Assembly: GCA_964464245.1 (NCBI GenBank)
Contig: CAYXFH010000012.1
Location: forward strand, 1-14,689
DNA: 14,689 nucleotides
Reading direction: 5' to 3'
Source of the DNA: an uncultured bacterium
GTDB taxonomy: Bacteria; Caldisericota; JANLFM01
Program-made: the position numbers and the translations under genes
The notes under the pieces: model-generated
Seen by the model: the letters and a program-made list of their open reading frames with translations, nothing else
The model's database searches: none
What the model was told of the DNA's origin: nothing
In this document: piece after piece, positions 7,856 to 14,630 of the stretch
Numbering within the stretch: position 1 is the first letter of the stretch
Layout of the letters: every line of letters starts with the position of its first letter

Positions 7856-8842
7856 CAGCGCTCGCCACAATTCCTCCCGGCCATCGAAGACCTGCTTCTG
7901 CTCCACGCCGCCTTTGACAAAGATCAGAGTGCGCTCGGGGTGGAAAGAACCGATCCGGGTGAGGGGCAGGCCGCGTTGAGCGAAGGGCTCTTCCAACAGT
8001 CCAAGCGGCGCAGCGATCAGCATCGCTCCGGAGGAGATCAAAGCCAGCGGGTCCAACTCCAAAGCGCGACAGAGAAGGGCGGTCTCCAGGCGAATGGGAA
8101 GCGATTCTTCTTCCACACGCAGCCCGCAGGCGGAGGCCTCCATCATCTCCCAGGCTCCGCCCAGCAGCCCCCCCTCAGTCGCGTCGTGCATGGCATGAGC
8201 GCCCAGGGAAGCGGCCAGCAACCCCTCGGGGACCACCGAGATCTCCTCCAGGAAAGTCGCGGCATGAGCCAAGAGCTCCTCGCCCAGGACGGGGCGCAGC
8301 TCTTCCGCCAGCTCGCGGGCGAGGATCGCCGTCCCCTCCAAAGCAAGCGCTTTGCTGAGGTAGAGGGAGTCCCCCAACTGGGCGCCGCCGGTTCGGATCA
8401 GGCGACCGCGAGGTGTTTTGCCCACCGCCGTCGCCACCACCACCAGTTGCGGCAAATATGGCGTGACTTCGCTGTGACCGCCGAGGATGGCCACTCCCAA
8501 AGAACGAGCGGCGCGATCGGCATCGGACATCATCATCGCCAGCTCTTCGGCAGCCACGTGGGGAGGAATCAGCCAGGTCAAGAGCAGGCCGACCGGCTCG
8601 GCGCCTGCGGCGGCCAGGTCATTGCAGGCGATGTGGACGGCCAACCAGCCAATCTCCTGGCCGGCGCCGGTAATGGGATCGGTGGAGAGAACCAACAAGG
8701 AGTCGCCCCCCAGGTCGAGGACGGCAGCGTCCTCCCCCAGCGCTGCGCCAACCAGCGCCTCCGGCCGTGGCGATCCCAAGTAGGGGAAGACCAAGCGGGT
8801 CAATTCCTGGGAGGAGAGCTTGCCGGGGGAGAGCTTAGGCAT
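7811..8842 (-). CDS. AIR-synthase-related protein (PurM superfamily; HypE/ThiL-like), ~343 aa
   Basis: The N-domain motif ...GEDAAVLDLGGDSLLVLSTDPITGAGQEIGWLAVHIACNDLAAAGAEP... matches the PurM-like N-domain. The C-domain ...GGHSEVTP...ALISSGAMLIAAP... matches the PurM-like C-domain. It lacks the HypE N-terminal HGSGG motif and the C-terminal Cys, and lacks the SelD CxC/U motif. The ATG at 8842-8840 (MPKLSPGK...) is preferred over the TTG at 8869. Confidence 0.55.
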   Translation of the reverse strand: MPKLSPGKLSSQELTRLVFPYLGSPRPEALVGAALGEDAAVLDLGGDSLLVLSTDPITGAGQEIGWLAVHIACNDLAAAGAEPVGLLLTWLIPPHVAAEELAMMMSDADRAARSLGVAILGGHSEVTPYLPQLVVVATAVGKTPRGRLIRTGGAQLGDSLYLSKALALEGTAILARELAEELRPVLGEELLAHAATFLEEISVVPEGLLAASLGAHAMHDATEGGLLGGAWEMMEASACGLRVEEESLPIRLETALLCRALELDPLALISSGAMLIAAPLGLLEEPFAQRGLPLTRIGSFHPERTLIFVKGGVEQKQVFDGREELWRALARRHDNPRRHDSPR

Positions 8843-8865
8843 ACCCGTCTCTTCCCCGCAAGTCA

Positions 8866-8901
8866 GCAACCCTCGACTCTTCGCTTCCGCTCGAGGGTTG
8901 C
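8866..8901 (-). other. Strong hairpin (11-bp stem GCAACCCTCGA/TCGAGGGTTGC, 14-nt loop) in the 119-nt spacer between the flotillin-like gene and the PurM-like gene
   Basis: Read directly. No U-tract follows on the minus-strand RNA, so this is more likely a processing/stability or attenuator structure than an intrinsic terminator. Confidence 0.35.
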
Positions 8902-8961
8902 TGCGGACTTGCTGGGTGACCCGGTCGACCGATGTCGTCTCGGAGGCTGCTCAGGATCGCT

Positions 8962-11028
8962 CTACTTTCCGGAGGGGGGCATCGGGTAGATGGTTGCCTC
9001 AGCCACGGGTGAGGAATTGGCGGGTGAGGAGCCAACGGGCAGCGACTCCAAAACGGGAGTGTTCGACCCACGCTGGGCGCTTCCGGCATTCCCGAGCCAG
9101 CGCATCAGCGTCCCAGCCAAGCCATCCAACGAGCCGGAGCCGTTGCTGCCGGAGACCAGCACTTCGGGTACGAACTTCACCCCGCGGTCGGCCAAAGCCG
9201 TGATGGCGTTTACCATTGCCGTCGGCTCCTGCCCAAGCGCGCGGACCTGGGCCTCGTATGCTTTGGCTCGCGCCATCCCGATCGCCTCTACTTCGGCCCC
9301 CTTGGCGGCGCCGGTCTCCCGGATGTAGGTGGCTTCGCCGTCAGCCTCGGCCTTGCGGGCGGTGGCGTTGTTGCTCTTGATCTCCACGTTAACGCGGGAC
9401 TCGGCCAGCTTGGTCTGCATGTCGGCCGTCCCCCGAGCCTGCTCGGTGGCGATGCGCTGATCCTGAGCCTCTCGCTGCTTCTGGTAGGTCTGAATCTCCT
9501 GGTTGGCGATCTCCCGTTCGGTCAGAACCTTCACCAGGCTCTCCGGCAGGATGACGTCCTGGATGTAGACGCCACGGGTCTCCACCTGGTACTGAGCGAG
9601 ATGGGAGGCGATGTGCATGAAGGCTTCCTCCTGCACCTTCTGCCGCGTCTCGATGAAGCTGATGGCCGGCATGGACTGCAGTTTGTCGCGGAAGTGGTTG
9701 CCTACCGCCGCCTGCAGGACCTCGTTGACCAGGTTGGCCATGGTCCCCACCATCGAGATGACGCGGGGGGCCTTCGTGTCCGGAACGTGGATCTGCACCT
9801 GCAAATCGATGCGGAAGATGAACCCCTCGCGCGACTTGGCCACGATCTGAGAGAGCTGGCGGTCCAGGTTGTGCGCTTGCGAGGTGGCATCGGCCCAGTT
9901 CAGGGTGAGGATCGAGGTGGGCACGACTTCGGCTTGGTAGCAACGCGGGTTGACCGAGTATTTTCCGGTGCGGATCGGCTCCTGCCAAATGCCGCGGTGG
10001 CCGGAGCGCACTAGTGTGCCGAACTTGAACTCCTCGCCGGAGGTGTCCTTGGCGCCCAGCCCGACATAGGCTTTGATCACCGCCACTTGACCCTGCTCCA
10101 CCACCAGCATCGGCACCATTTCCACCGAGACCAGGAAAGGGTTCAACGCGTAGGCGCCGTAAAGCAGGGGGTCATGCTGCAAGCCGATGCGGCCGCCGTT
10201 GTCGAGGAAGGCTTGGAAGTCCTGGTAGTTGTTGTGCAGATCGTTCTTACTCCCCAGGAGATGGTCAATCAGTTCACTATCTGAGGCGCCCTCATGCTCC
10301 AGCTTCTCCAGATCGGTGAATCCACCCAGACGGCTGGCGATGTCGCCGGCGGGAAGCGGATCTCCCTCGTAAACGGTGACAATCCCCACCATATCGTTGA
10401 CCTCTCCCTCGCGGCTGCGCGGGAGGGGCTCGATGCGCACCAGCGAGAGCTGGTCGGGACGAAGGCCGTAGGCCTCCGGCGTCAGCCGGCCGCTTCCGGC
10501 GCTCCCGGACTTGGTCATCCAGGCGCGCAACTCCGAGGCAATCGGCTCGCCGTAGACCTGGCGACGGGTAATCACCATAAAGCCCACCGGGTGGATCGGC
10601 ACCAGCGTGCCGGGGGGAAGGACCGGGCGCTGTACGCCCTTCTGCCCCCCCAGAGCGATGAACTTGCGCAGGTCGGAGAAGTTGGCGAACTCCGGTTTGA
10701 AGACGGCCGACTTGGCGCCGATCGGCAGCGGCGCCCCGACCTGGGCCACTACCACACCGATCTCCCCGGCCGGCACTTGCACCCAGGGGAACTTGTCGAC
10801 GCGGTAAGGCATCCAGAATTTCCAGCGCCAGCCAGGCATCAACAGGTCGGCTTGGTAGCCGGCTTCCCCCTGGAAGGCAATAGGGTTGTCCTGGTGCAGC
10901 TTGCCGAAGGAGAAACGCTTCGTCACCAGACCGACCTGGGTCGGCCCGATGATCCTGATTGAAGGGAGGAAGAGAATCAAGAAGAGCAAGATGCCCCCCA
11001 GTATGTAGATCAGTGTCCACGGAACCAT
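8962..11028 (-). CDS. Flotillin-like SPFH/band-7 protein (YqiK/FloT-like), 688 aa: N-terminal TM anchor, SPFH domain, long Ala/Glu-rich coiled coil, Ser/Gly/Pro-rich tail
   Basis: TM segment WTLIYILGGILLFLILFL is followed by IIGPTQVGLV..., the start of the SPFH domain. The coiled-coil segment QKQREAQDQRIATEQARGTADMQTKLAESRVNVEIK...AKAYEAQVRALG is typical of flotillin EA repeats. The ATG at 11028 has a perfect SD TAAGGAGG 7 nt upstream. Confidence 0.72.
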   Translation of the reverse strand: MVPWTLIYILGGILLFLILFLPSIRIIGPTQVGLVTKRFSFGKLHQDNPIAFQGEAGYQADLLMPGWRWKFWMPYRVDKFPWVQVPAGEIGVVVAQVGAPLPIGAKSAVFKPEFANFSDLRKFIALGGQKGVQRPVLPPGTLVPIHPVGFMVITRRQVYGEPIASELRAWMTKSGSAGSGRLTPEAYGLRPDQLSLVRIEPLPRSREGEVNDMVGIVTVYEGDPLPAGDIASRLGGFTDLEKLEHEGASDSELIDHLLGSKNDLHNNYQDFQAFLDNGGRIGLQHDPLLYGAYALNPFLVSVEMVPMLVVEQGQVAVIKAYVGLGAKDTSGEEFKFGTLVRSGHRGIWQEPIRTGKYSVNPRCYQAEVVPTSILTLNWADATSQAHNLDRQLSQIVAKSREGFIFRIDLQVQIHVPDTKAPRVISMVGTMANLVNEVLQAAVGNHFRDKLQSMPAISFIETRQKVQEEAFMHIASHLAQYQVETRGVYIQDVILPESLVKVLTEREIANQEIQTYQKQREAQDQRIATEQARGTADMQTKLAESRVNVEIKSNNATARKAEADGEATYIRETGAAKGAEVEAIGMARAKAYEAQVRALGQEPTAMVNAITALADRGVKFVPEVLVSGSNGSGSLDGLAGTLMRWLGNAGSAQRGSNTPVLESLPVGSSPANSSPVAEATIYPMPPSGK

Positions 11029-11130
11029 CGCAGTGCCTCCTTACTCGGCGGTGCGAACCCCAGTGGGTTCCCCACCTGTCCTTTGATTATAGGGCCTTTC
11101 CGGCCGAATGGCGCAGTCTCCGAAAAATAG

Positions 11131-11175
11131 ATCAGCTAATGGGGACAGATTTGAATTCTGTCCCCATTAGCTGAT
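11131..11175. repeat. Copy 3 of the palindromic element: 18-bp arms ATCAGCTAATGGGGACAG / CTGTCCCCATTAGCTGAT with a 9-nt loop ATTTGAATT
   Basis: Read directly. The element supplies the last 12 codons (LMGTEFKSVPIS) and the stop of the Nif3-like C-terminal ORF. Confidence 0.8.
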
Positions 11176-11608
11176 TCAAGGCGCTGAGGCTGTCCACCTG
11201 CAGGCCGCGGCGACGCAACTCGTTCAGGTAGGGGTTGATCCCGACCATATCTGAGGCAAGGTGGCCGCTGATCACCAGGTTCTTCCCCGGATGGGCTGCC
11301 GCCAGTTTCTCTGCTTCTCCTCCATCGATGTGAATGTAGATGACGGTCTGATAACCGGCGCGGTAGAGGACATCCGCTGCGCCAAAGCCGCCATTGGTTC
11401 CCGCTCCGTGGAAAACAGCGACGCGCCCGGCCGGAGCGCTCTCCTCTCCCAGGATAGCAACCGGGGGAAGGGGAGCAGCGGCAATCTCCGGGAACTCGCC
11501 CAAGGCCGACAAAACCTCTGCTACTGTCCAACCAGGGTGGGCTCGCTCCTCCAGTTTACCTTGCATCAGGCGCCGGCCCAGCTCGTCGAGTGGGTTGTGT
11601 ACATTCAA
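11132..11608 (-). CDS. Nif3/DUF34-family protein, C-terminal half (frame 2 of a split gene); TTG start in the track, but the frame is open upstream to ~11847
   Basis: RVAVFHGAGTNGGFGAADVLYRAGYQTVIYIHIDGGEAEKLAAAHPGKNLVISGHLASD...LNEL matches the Nif3 C-terminal half (compare E. coli YbgI RVAWCTGGGQSF...AAGHHATERGG...LSEWL). Confidence 0.5.
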   Translation of the reverse strand: MNVHNPLDELGRRLMQGKLEERAHPGWTVAEVLSALGEFPEIAAAPLPPVAILGEESAPAGRVAVFHGAGTNGGFGAADVLYRAGYQTVIYIHIDGGEAEKLAAAHPGKNLVISGHLASDMVGINPYLNELRRRGLQVDSLSALNQLMGTEFKSVPIS

Positions 11609-11982
11609 GAAGGGTTGGCGCAGTCGCTCGGCCAGCCGAAGAGGATCCTCCCAGTTGGCCTTAACGCCCTGCCGGGGGCTAGAGCGTTCAGGAAGGCGCT
11701 TCGCCGCAGACGGGCAGTGGCGCGCTCGGCCTCCTCCTTGGGCGCCCCCAGTTCTTCCAGAAGAGAGCTCTGCCGTTCCAGCACGCGGTAGAAAGTAGCT
11801 ATAGCCAGACCGCGCGGGTGGTGGCCAAGAACGCAGTCATAGGCGTGGTCTTTGGCATAGAGAAGCTCGGCGGCGGAGACATCAAGGGCGAAGAGGATCC
11901 GCTGGAGGCGCCTCCCGGGAACATGGACGGCTGAATCCGAAGGGACCTCCTTCATTCCGGCCATATCGAGGGCGATCTGCAT
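11605..11982 (-). CDS. Nif3/DUF34-family protein, N-terminal half (frame 1 of a split gene); likely disrupted or frameshifted
   Basis: VHVPGRRLQRILFALDVSAAELLYAKDHAYDCVLGHHP matches the Nif3 N-terminal fold and the HHP metal motif. The expected second motif (aaHTNlD) is absent in all three frames. The TGA stop overlaps the TTG of the C-terminal half (TTGA). Confidence 0.45.
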   Translation of the reverse strand: MQIALDMAGMKEVPSDSAVHVPGRRLQRILFALDVSAAELLYAKDHAYDCVLGHHPRGLAIATFYRVLERQSSLLEELGAPKEEAERATARLRRSAFLNALAPGRALRPTGRILFGWPSDCANPS

Positions 11983-11989
11983 CAGTTGA

Positions 11990-12026
11990 GCAAATGGGGA
12001 CAGATTTGAAATCTGTCCCCATTTGC
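11990..12026. repeat. Copy 4 of the palindromic element: perfect 18-bp arms GCAAATGGGGACAGATTT-g-AAATCTGTCCCCATTTGC
   Basis: Read directly. It lies between the nrdJ stop (12037) and the Nif3-like N-terminal ATG (11982), ending 8 nt from that ATG with no SD sequence. Confidence 0.8.
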
Positions 12027-12036
12027 TGCTTGCTGC

Positions 12037-14403
12037 TCAGGCGCAGCGCGAATAGCCGCAGGTGCGACAGATCAGGCAGCCTTCGATGTACTCCAGGACG
12101 TTGCCGCATTCAGGACAGACGCCGCCCATAGTGCGGGCGGCAAGGATAGGGAGAGAGACTGGCGACGGAGGAGAAAGGGCATCTCCTGCAACTGGTGGAC
12201 TGTCTTTCTCCGGGGAGGTGGATTGGACGCCCTCCTGAGGCGCGAAGAGGCCCCCTTGGTGTGTGCCGTATGGTCCGGCGTAACCGGCGCCCCACATCTT
12301 CCGCCCCATCGCCAGCGCCACCCCCTGGGCGATGGAGCGCACCGGCACGCGCGTCCCGTCGCTGGAGAAGTCGTTCACCGCTTCGCGGGATTCACAACGC
12401 CAAAGCTGCTCGATCACTTCCTGCGAATCCACTCCGGCGCGCAGGGCCAGCGAGATCAGGCGGGAGAGACCGTCCGCTTCTTGGTCGCGCGACTCCACGA
12501 AAACCTCGCAGATCCCCTCCTCGTCGGCGTTGACCGTCACGTAGATACGACCGCGGGGCGTCTCCACCCGCTCAGTGGAACCGGCAGTGACCTTCGGCCG
12601 ACGGCGCGCCACCTTGTGCCGGCTAGCGGCCAGCTCGTCCCAAGTCTTTCCCTCCTCACTGGTGGGAATGTTCAGGACCTGCTCATTGCGGCTCTTGTCG
12701 CGGTAGATGGTGACCCCCTTGCAACCCTCGCGGTAAGCCAACAGGAATACCTTCCGCACCTCCTCCTCGCCGGCCTCCTGGGGAAAGTTCACCGTCTTGC
12801 TGACAGCGTTCTGGGTGTGACGCTGGAAAGCGGCTTGCATGCGCAGGTGATACTCCGGGCTGATATCGTAGGCAATGCGGAAAGCCTGGCGGACCTCTGG
12901 GGGAATCTCCTCAATTCCCTGCAGAGTGCCCTGATGAGCGATGCGATCCATCAGCGCCTCGCTGTAGAAGCCACGCTGGCGAGCGATCCCCTCGAAATAG
13001 GGGTTCACCTCCAGCATGCGCGTGTTGTCCATGACGTTGCGCAGATAGATCAAAGCAAAGTGCGGCTCCACCCCGGAGGAACAGCCGGCCAGGATGGAGA
13101 GGGTGCCGGTGGGGGCGATGGTGGTGGTGGTGGCGTTGCGAAGCTTTGGCCCCTCTGCGGCGTAGACCGAGCGGGGGAAGTTGGGGAAGGCGCCGCGCAG
13201 ATCCGCCAGGGCGATGGAGGCGGCTGTCGCTTCCGCTTGGATAAAGGACATCACCCGTTCAGCCAGAGCCAAGGCTTGGGGTGAGTCGTAGGGTACTCCT
13301 AACTGCACTAGCAAGTCGGCCCAGCCCATCAGCCCCAGGCCGATCTTGCGGTTGCCGCGCACCATCTCCTCGATCTCGTGCAAGGGGTAGGCGCTGCGAT
13401 CGATGACGTTATCCAGGAAGTGAACGGCCAGGTGGGCGGTCCGAGCCAACTTCGGCCAATCGATCGCTTCCTCCGGCTGTGGCGCCGGATAGGGCCGGGA
13501 ACCCGGCTGCAGCATGCGGGCCAAATTGAGCGATCCCAGGTTGCACGCCTCGTAGGGAAGCAGCGGCGTTTCACCACAGGGATTGGTGCTCTCGATGGAG
13601 CCCAGGGAAGGGGTGGGGTTGTCGCGGTTGATGCGGTCGATGAAGATCACCCCCGGCTCGCCCGAGCGCCAGGCGTTATGAACGATCCGGTCGAAGACCT
13701 GGCGAGCCGGCAAAGTGCGAGTGACCTCGCCGGTGCGGGGGTTGACCAGGTCGTAGTCGCGGCCCTCTTCCATCCGCTGCATGAAATCCTCGGTTAGCGC
13801 CACTGAAATGTTAAAGTTGTTGAACTCGCTCAGATCGTTCTTGCAATCAATGAATTCCTCGATATCGGGATGGGTCGCCCGCAGGATTCCCATGTTGGCG
13901 CCGCGCCGCGTCCCCCCTTGCTTTATAACCTCAGTAGCCATGTTGAAGACACGCATGAAGGAGACCGGGCCTGAGGCGACCCCGCCGGTGCTCTTGACGA
14001 CGTCGCTCTTTGGCCGCAGATGGGAGAAGGAGAAACCCGTGCCGCCGCCTGACTGCTGGATCAGAGCGGTGTTCTTGACCGATTCAAAGATGGACTCCAA
14101 GTCATCCTCCACCGGCAGGACGAAACAGGCAGCCAGTTGTTGCAACTCTCGTCCCGCATTCATTAGGGTGGGCGAGTTGGGCAGGAACTCCAGCGAGGCC
14201 ATCAGGTTGTAGAAACGGTCGGCCAGCTCCTCCAGATTGGCCTGCGGATCGTAGGCCGCCTCGGCGGAGGCGATGTCGGCTGCAACTCGGGCAAGCATCT
14301 CCTCCGGCTTCTCGATCGGCTTGCCTTCCGCATCCTTCTTCAGGTATCGTTTGTTCAGCACAGTCTTGGCGTTCTCGGTCAGTTGCAGCGGAATCCTCTC
14401 CAT
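12037..14403 (-). CDS. nrdJ: Class II adenosylcobalamin-dependent ribonucleotide reductase NrdJ (~788 aa) with C-terminal Cys4 zinc ribbon
   Basis: Conserved class II RNR blocks: ...LMNAGRELQQLAACFVLPVEDDLESIF..., NPCGETPLLPYEACNLGSLNL, SKTVNFP. The C-terminus has CPECGNVLEYIEGCLICRTCGYSRCA (CxxC-x10-CxxC) after a Pro/Ser-rich linker. Start is taken at ATG 14403 (MERIPLQL...) with SD AGAGAGGA 6 nt upstream; the track's TTG at 14424 is less likely. Confidence 0.9.
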   Translation of the reverse strand: MERIPLQLTENAKTVLNKRYLKKDAEGKPIEKPEEMLARVAADIASAEAAYDPQANLEELADRFYNLMASLEFLPNSPTLMNAGRELQQLAACFVLPVEDDLESIFESVKNTALIQQSGGGTGFSFSHLRPKSDVVKSTGGVASGPVSFMRVFNMATEVIKQGGTRRGANMGILRATHPDIEEFIDCKNDLSEFNNFNISVALTEDFMQRMEEGRDYDLVNPRTGEVTRTLPARQVFDRIVHNAWRSGEPGVIFIDRINRDNPTPSLGSIESTNPCGETPLLPYEACNLGSLNLARMLQPGSRPYPAPQPEEAIDWPKLARTAHLAVHFLDNVIDRSAYPLHEIEEMVRGNRKIGLGLMGWADLLVQLGVPYDSPQALALAERVMSFIQAEATAASIALADLRGAFPNFPRSVYAAEGPKLRNATTTTIAPTGTLSILAGCSSGVEPHFALIYLRNVMDNTRMLEVNPYFEGIARQRGFYSEALMDRIAHQGTLQGIEEIPPEVRQAFRIAYDISPEYHLRMQAAFQRHTQNAVSKTVNFPQEAGEEEVRKVFLLAYREGCKGVTIYRDKSRNEQVLNIPTSEEGKTWDELAASRHKVARRRPKVTAGSTERVETPRGRIYVTVNADEEGICEVFVESRDQEADGLSRLISLALRAGVDSQEVIEQLWRCESREAVNDFSSDGTRVPVRSIAQGVALAMGRKMWGAGYAGPYGTHQGGLFAPQEGVQSTSPEKDSPPVAGDALSPPSPVSLPILAARTMGGVCPECGNVLEYIEGCLICRTCGYSRCA

Positions 14404-14543
14404 TTCGGTCCTCTCTACAATCAATGGTGGATGAGATCAATTATCTATACAACCAATGGTAGCATATCCTCTTATCGCAAGCCACCAGGGTGGACCCTGG
14501 ACCGGCTTTCCAAAGATGGCGGGATCGGTTAAAATGTGCGCGT

Positions 14544-14630
14544 GCCGAAGTGGCGGAATTGGCAGACGCGCTACGTTCAGGGCGTAGTTGGAGAACTCCA
14601 GTGGGGGTTCGACTCCCCCCTTCGGCACCA
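14544..14630 (+). tRNA. tRNA-Leu (anticodon CAG), type II tRNA with long variable arm; CCA encoded
   Basis: Cloverleaf read by hand. Acceptor GCCGAAG/CTTCGGC; D-stem GCG/CGC; anticodon stem CTACG/CGTAG with loop TTCAGGG (anticodon CAG); variable arm TTGGAGAACTCCAGT; T-stem GGGGG/CCCCC with loop TTCGACT; discriminator A then CCA (14628-14630). Confidence 0.85.

Noticed and set aside
7556-7860. Chromosomal oriC (AT-rich DNA unwinding element plus repeats)
   Set aside because: No DnaA boxes (TTATCCACA or close variants) were found here, and no dnaA/dnaN genes are nearby. The iteron-like repeats are better explained as regulatory repeats or an insertion scar.
7772-8989. 405-aa plus-strand ORF beginning MLPGAIMAPRGMMLPGAIMAPR
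   Set aside because: The N-terminus is encoded by the GC-rich direct repeats, and the rest is antisense to the PurM-like CDS. The composition is Arg/Gly/Gln-rich, consistent with a shadow ORF.
9389-11020. Minus- and plus-strand ORFs of 199-242 aa (9389..9988-, 10292..11020-, 10294..10962+, 9601..10014+) inside the flotillin-like gene
   Set aside because: They are alternate frames or antisense of the 688-aa SPFH CDS, which has clear domain signatures. The products are Arg/Pro/Gly-rich and low-complexity.
11261-11798. Plus-strand ORFs 11261..11791 and 11394..11798
   Set aside because: They are antisense to the Nif3-like coding region, and their products are Arg/Ser/Ala-rich with no recognisable domain.
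11882-12109. 75-aa minus ORF spanning the palindrome and the nrdJ 3' end
   Set aside because: It is an alternate frame through the nrdJ C-terminal codons and the palindromic element (contains the element-derived MGTDFKSVPI peptide).
12223-13284. 353-aa plus-strand ORF, with several other long plus ORFs between 12195 and 14212
   Set aside because: It is antisense to the strongly supported nrdJ CDS. Its product is Arg/Ala/Gly/Pro-rich, typical of shadow ORFs in high-GC DNA, and has no recognisable domain.
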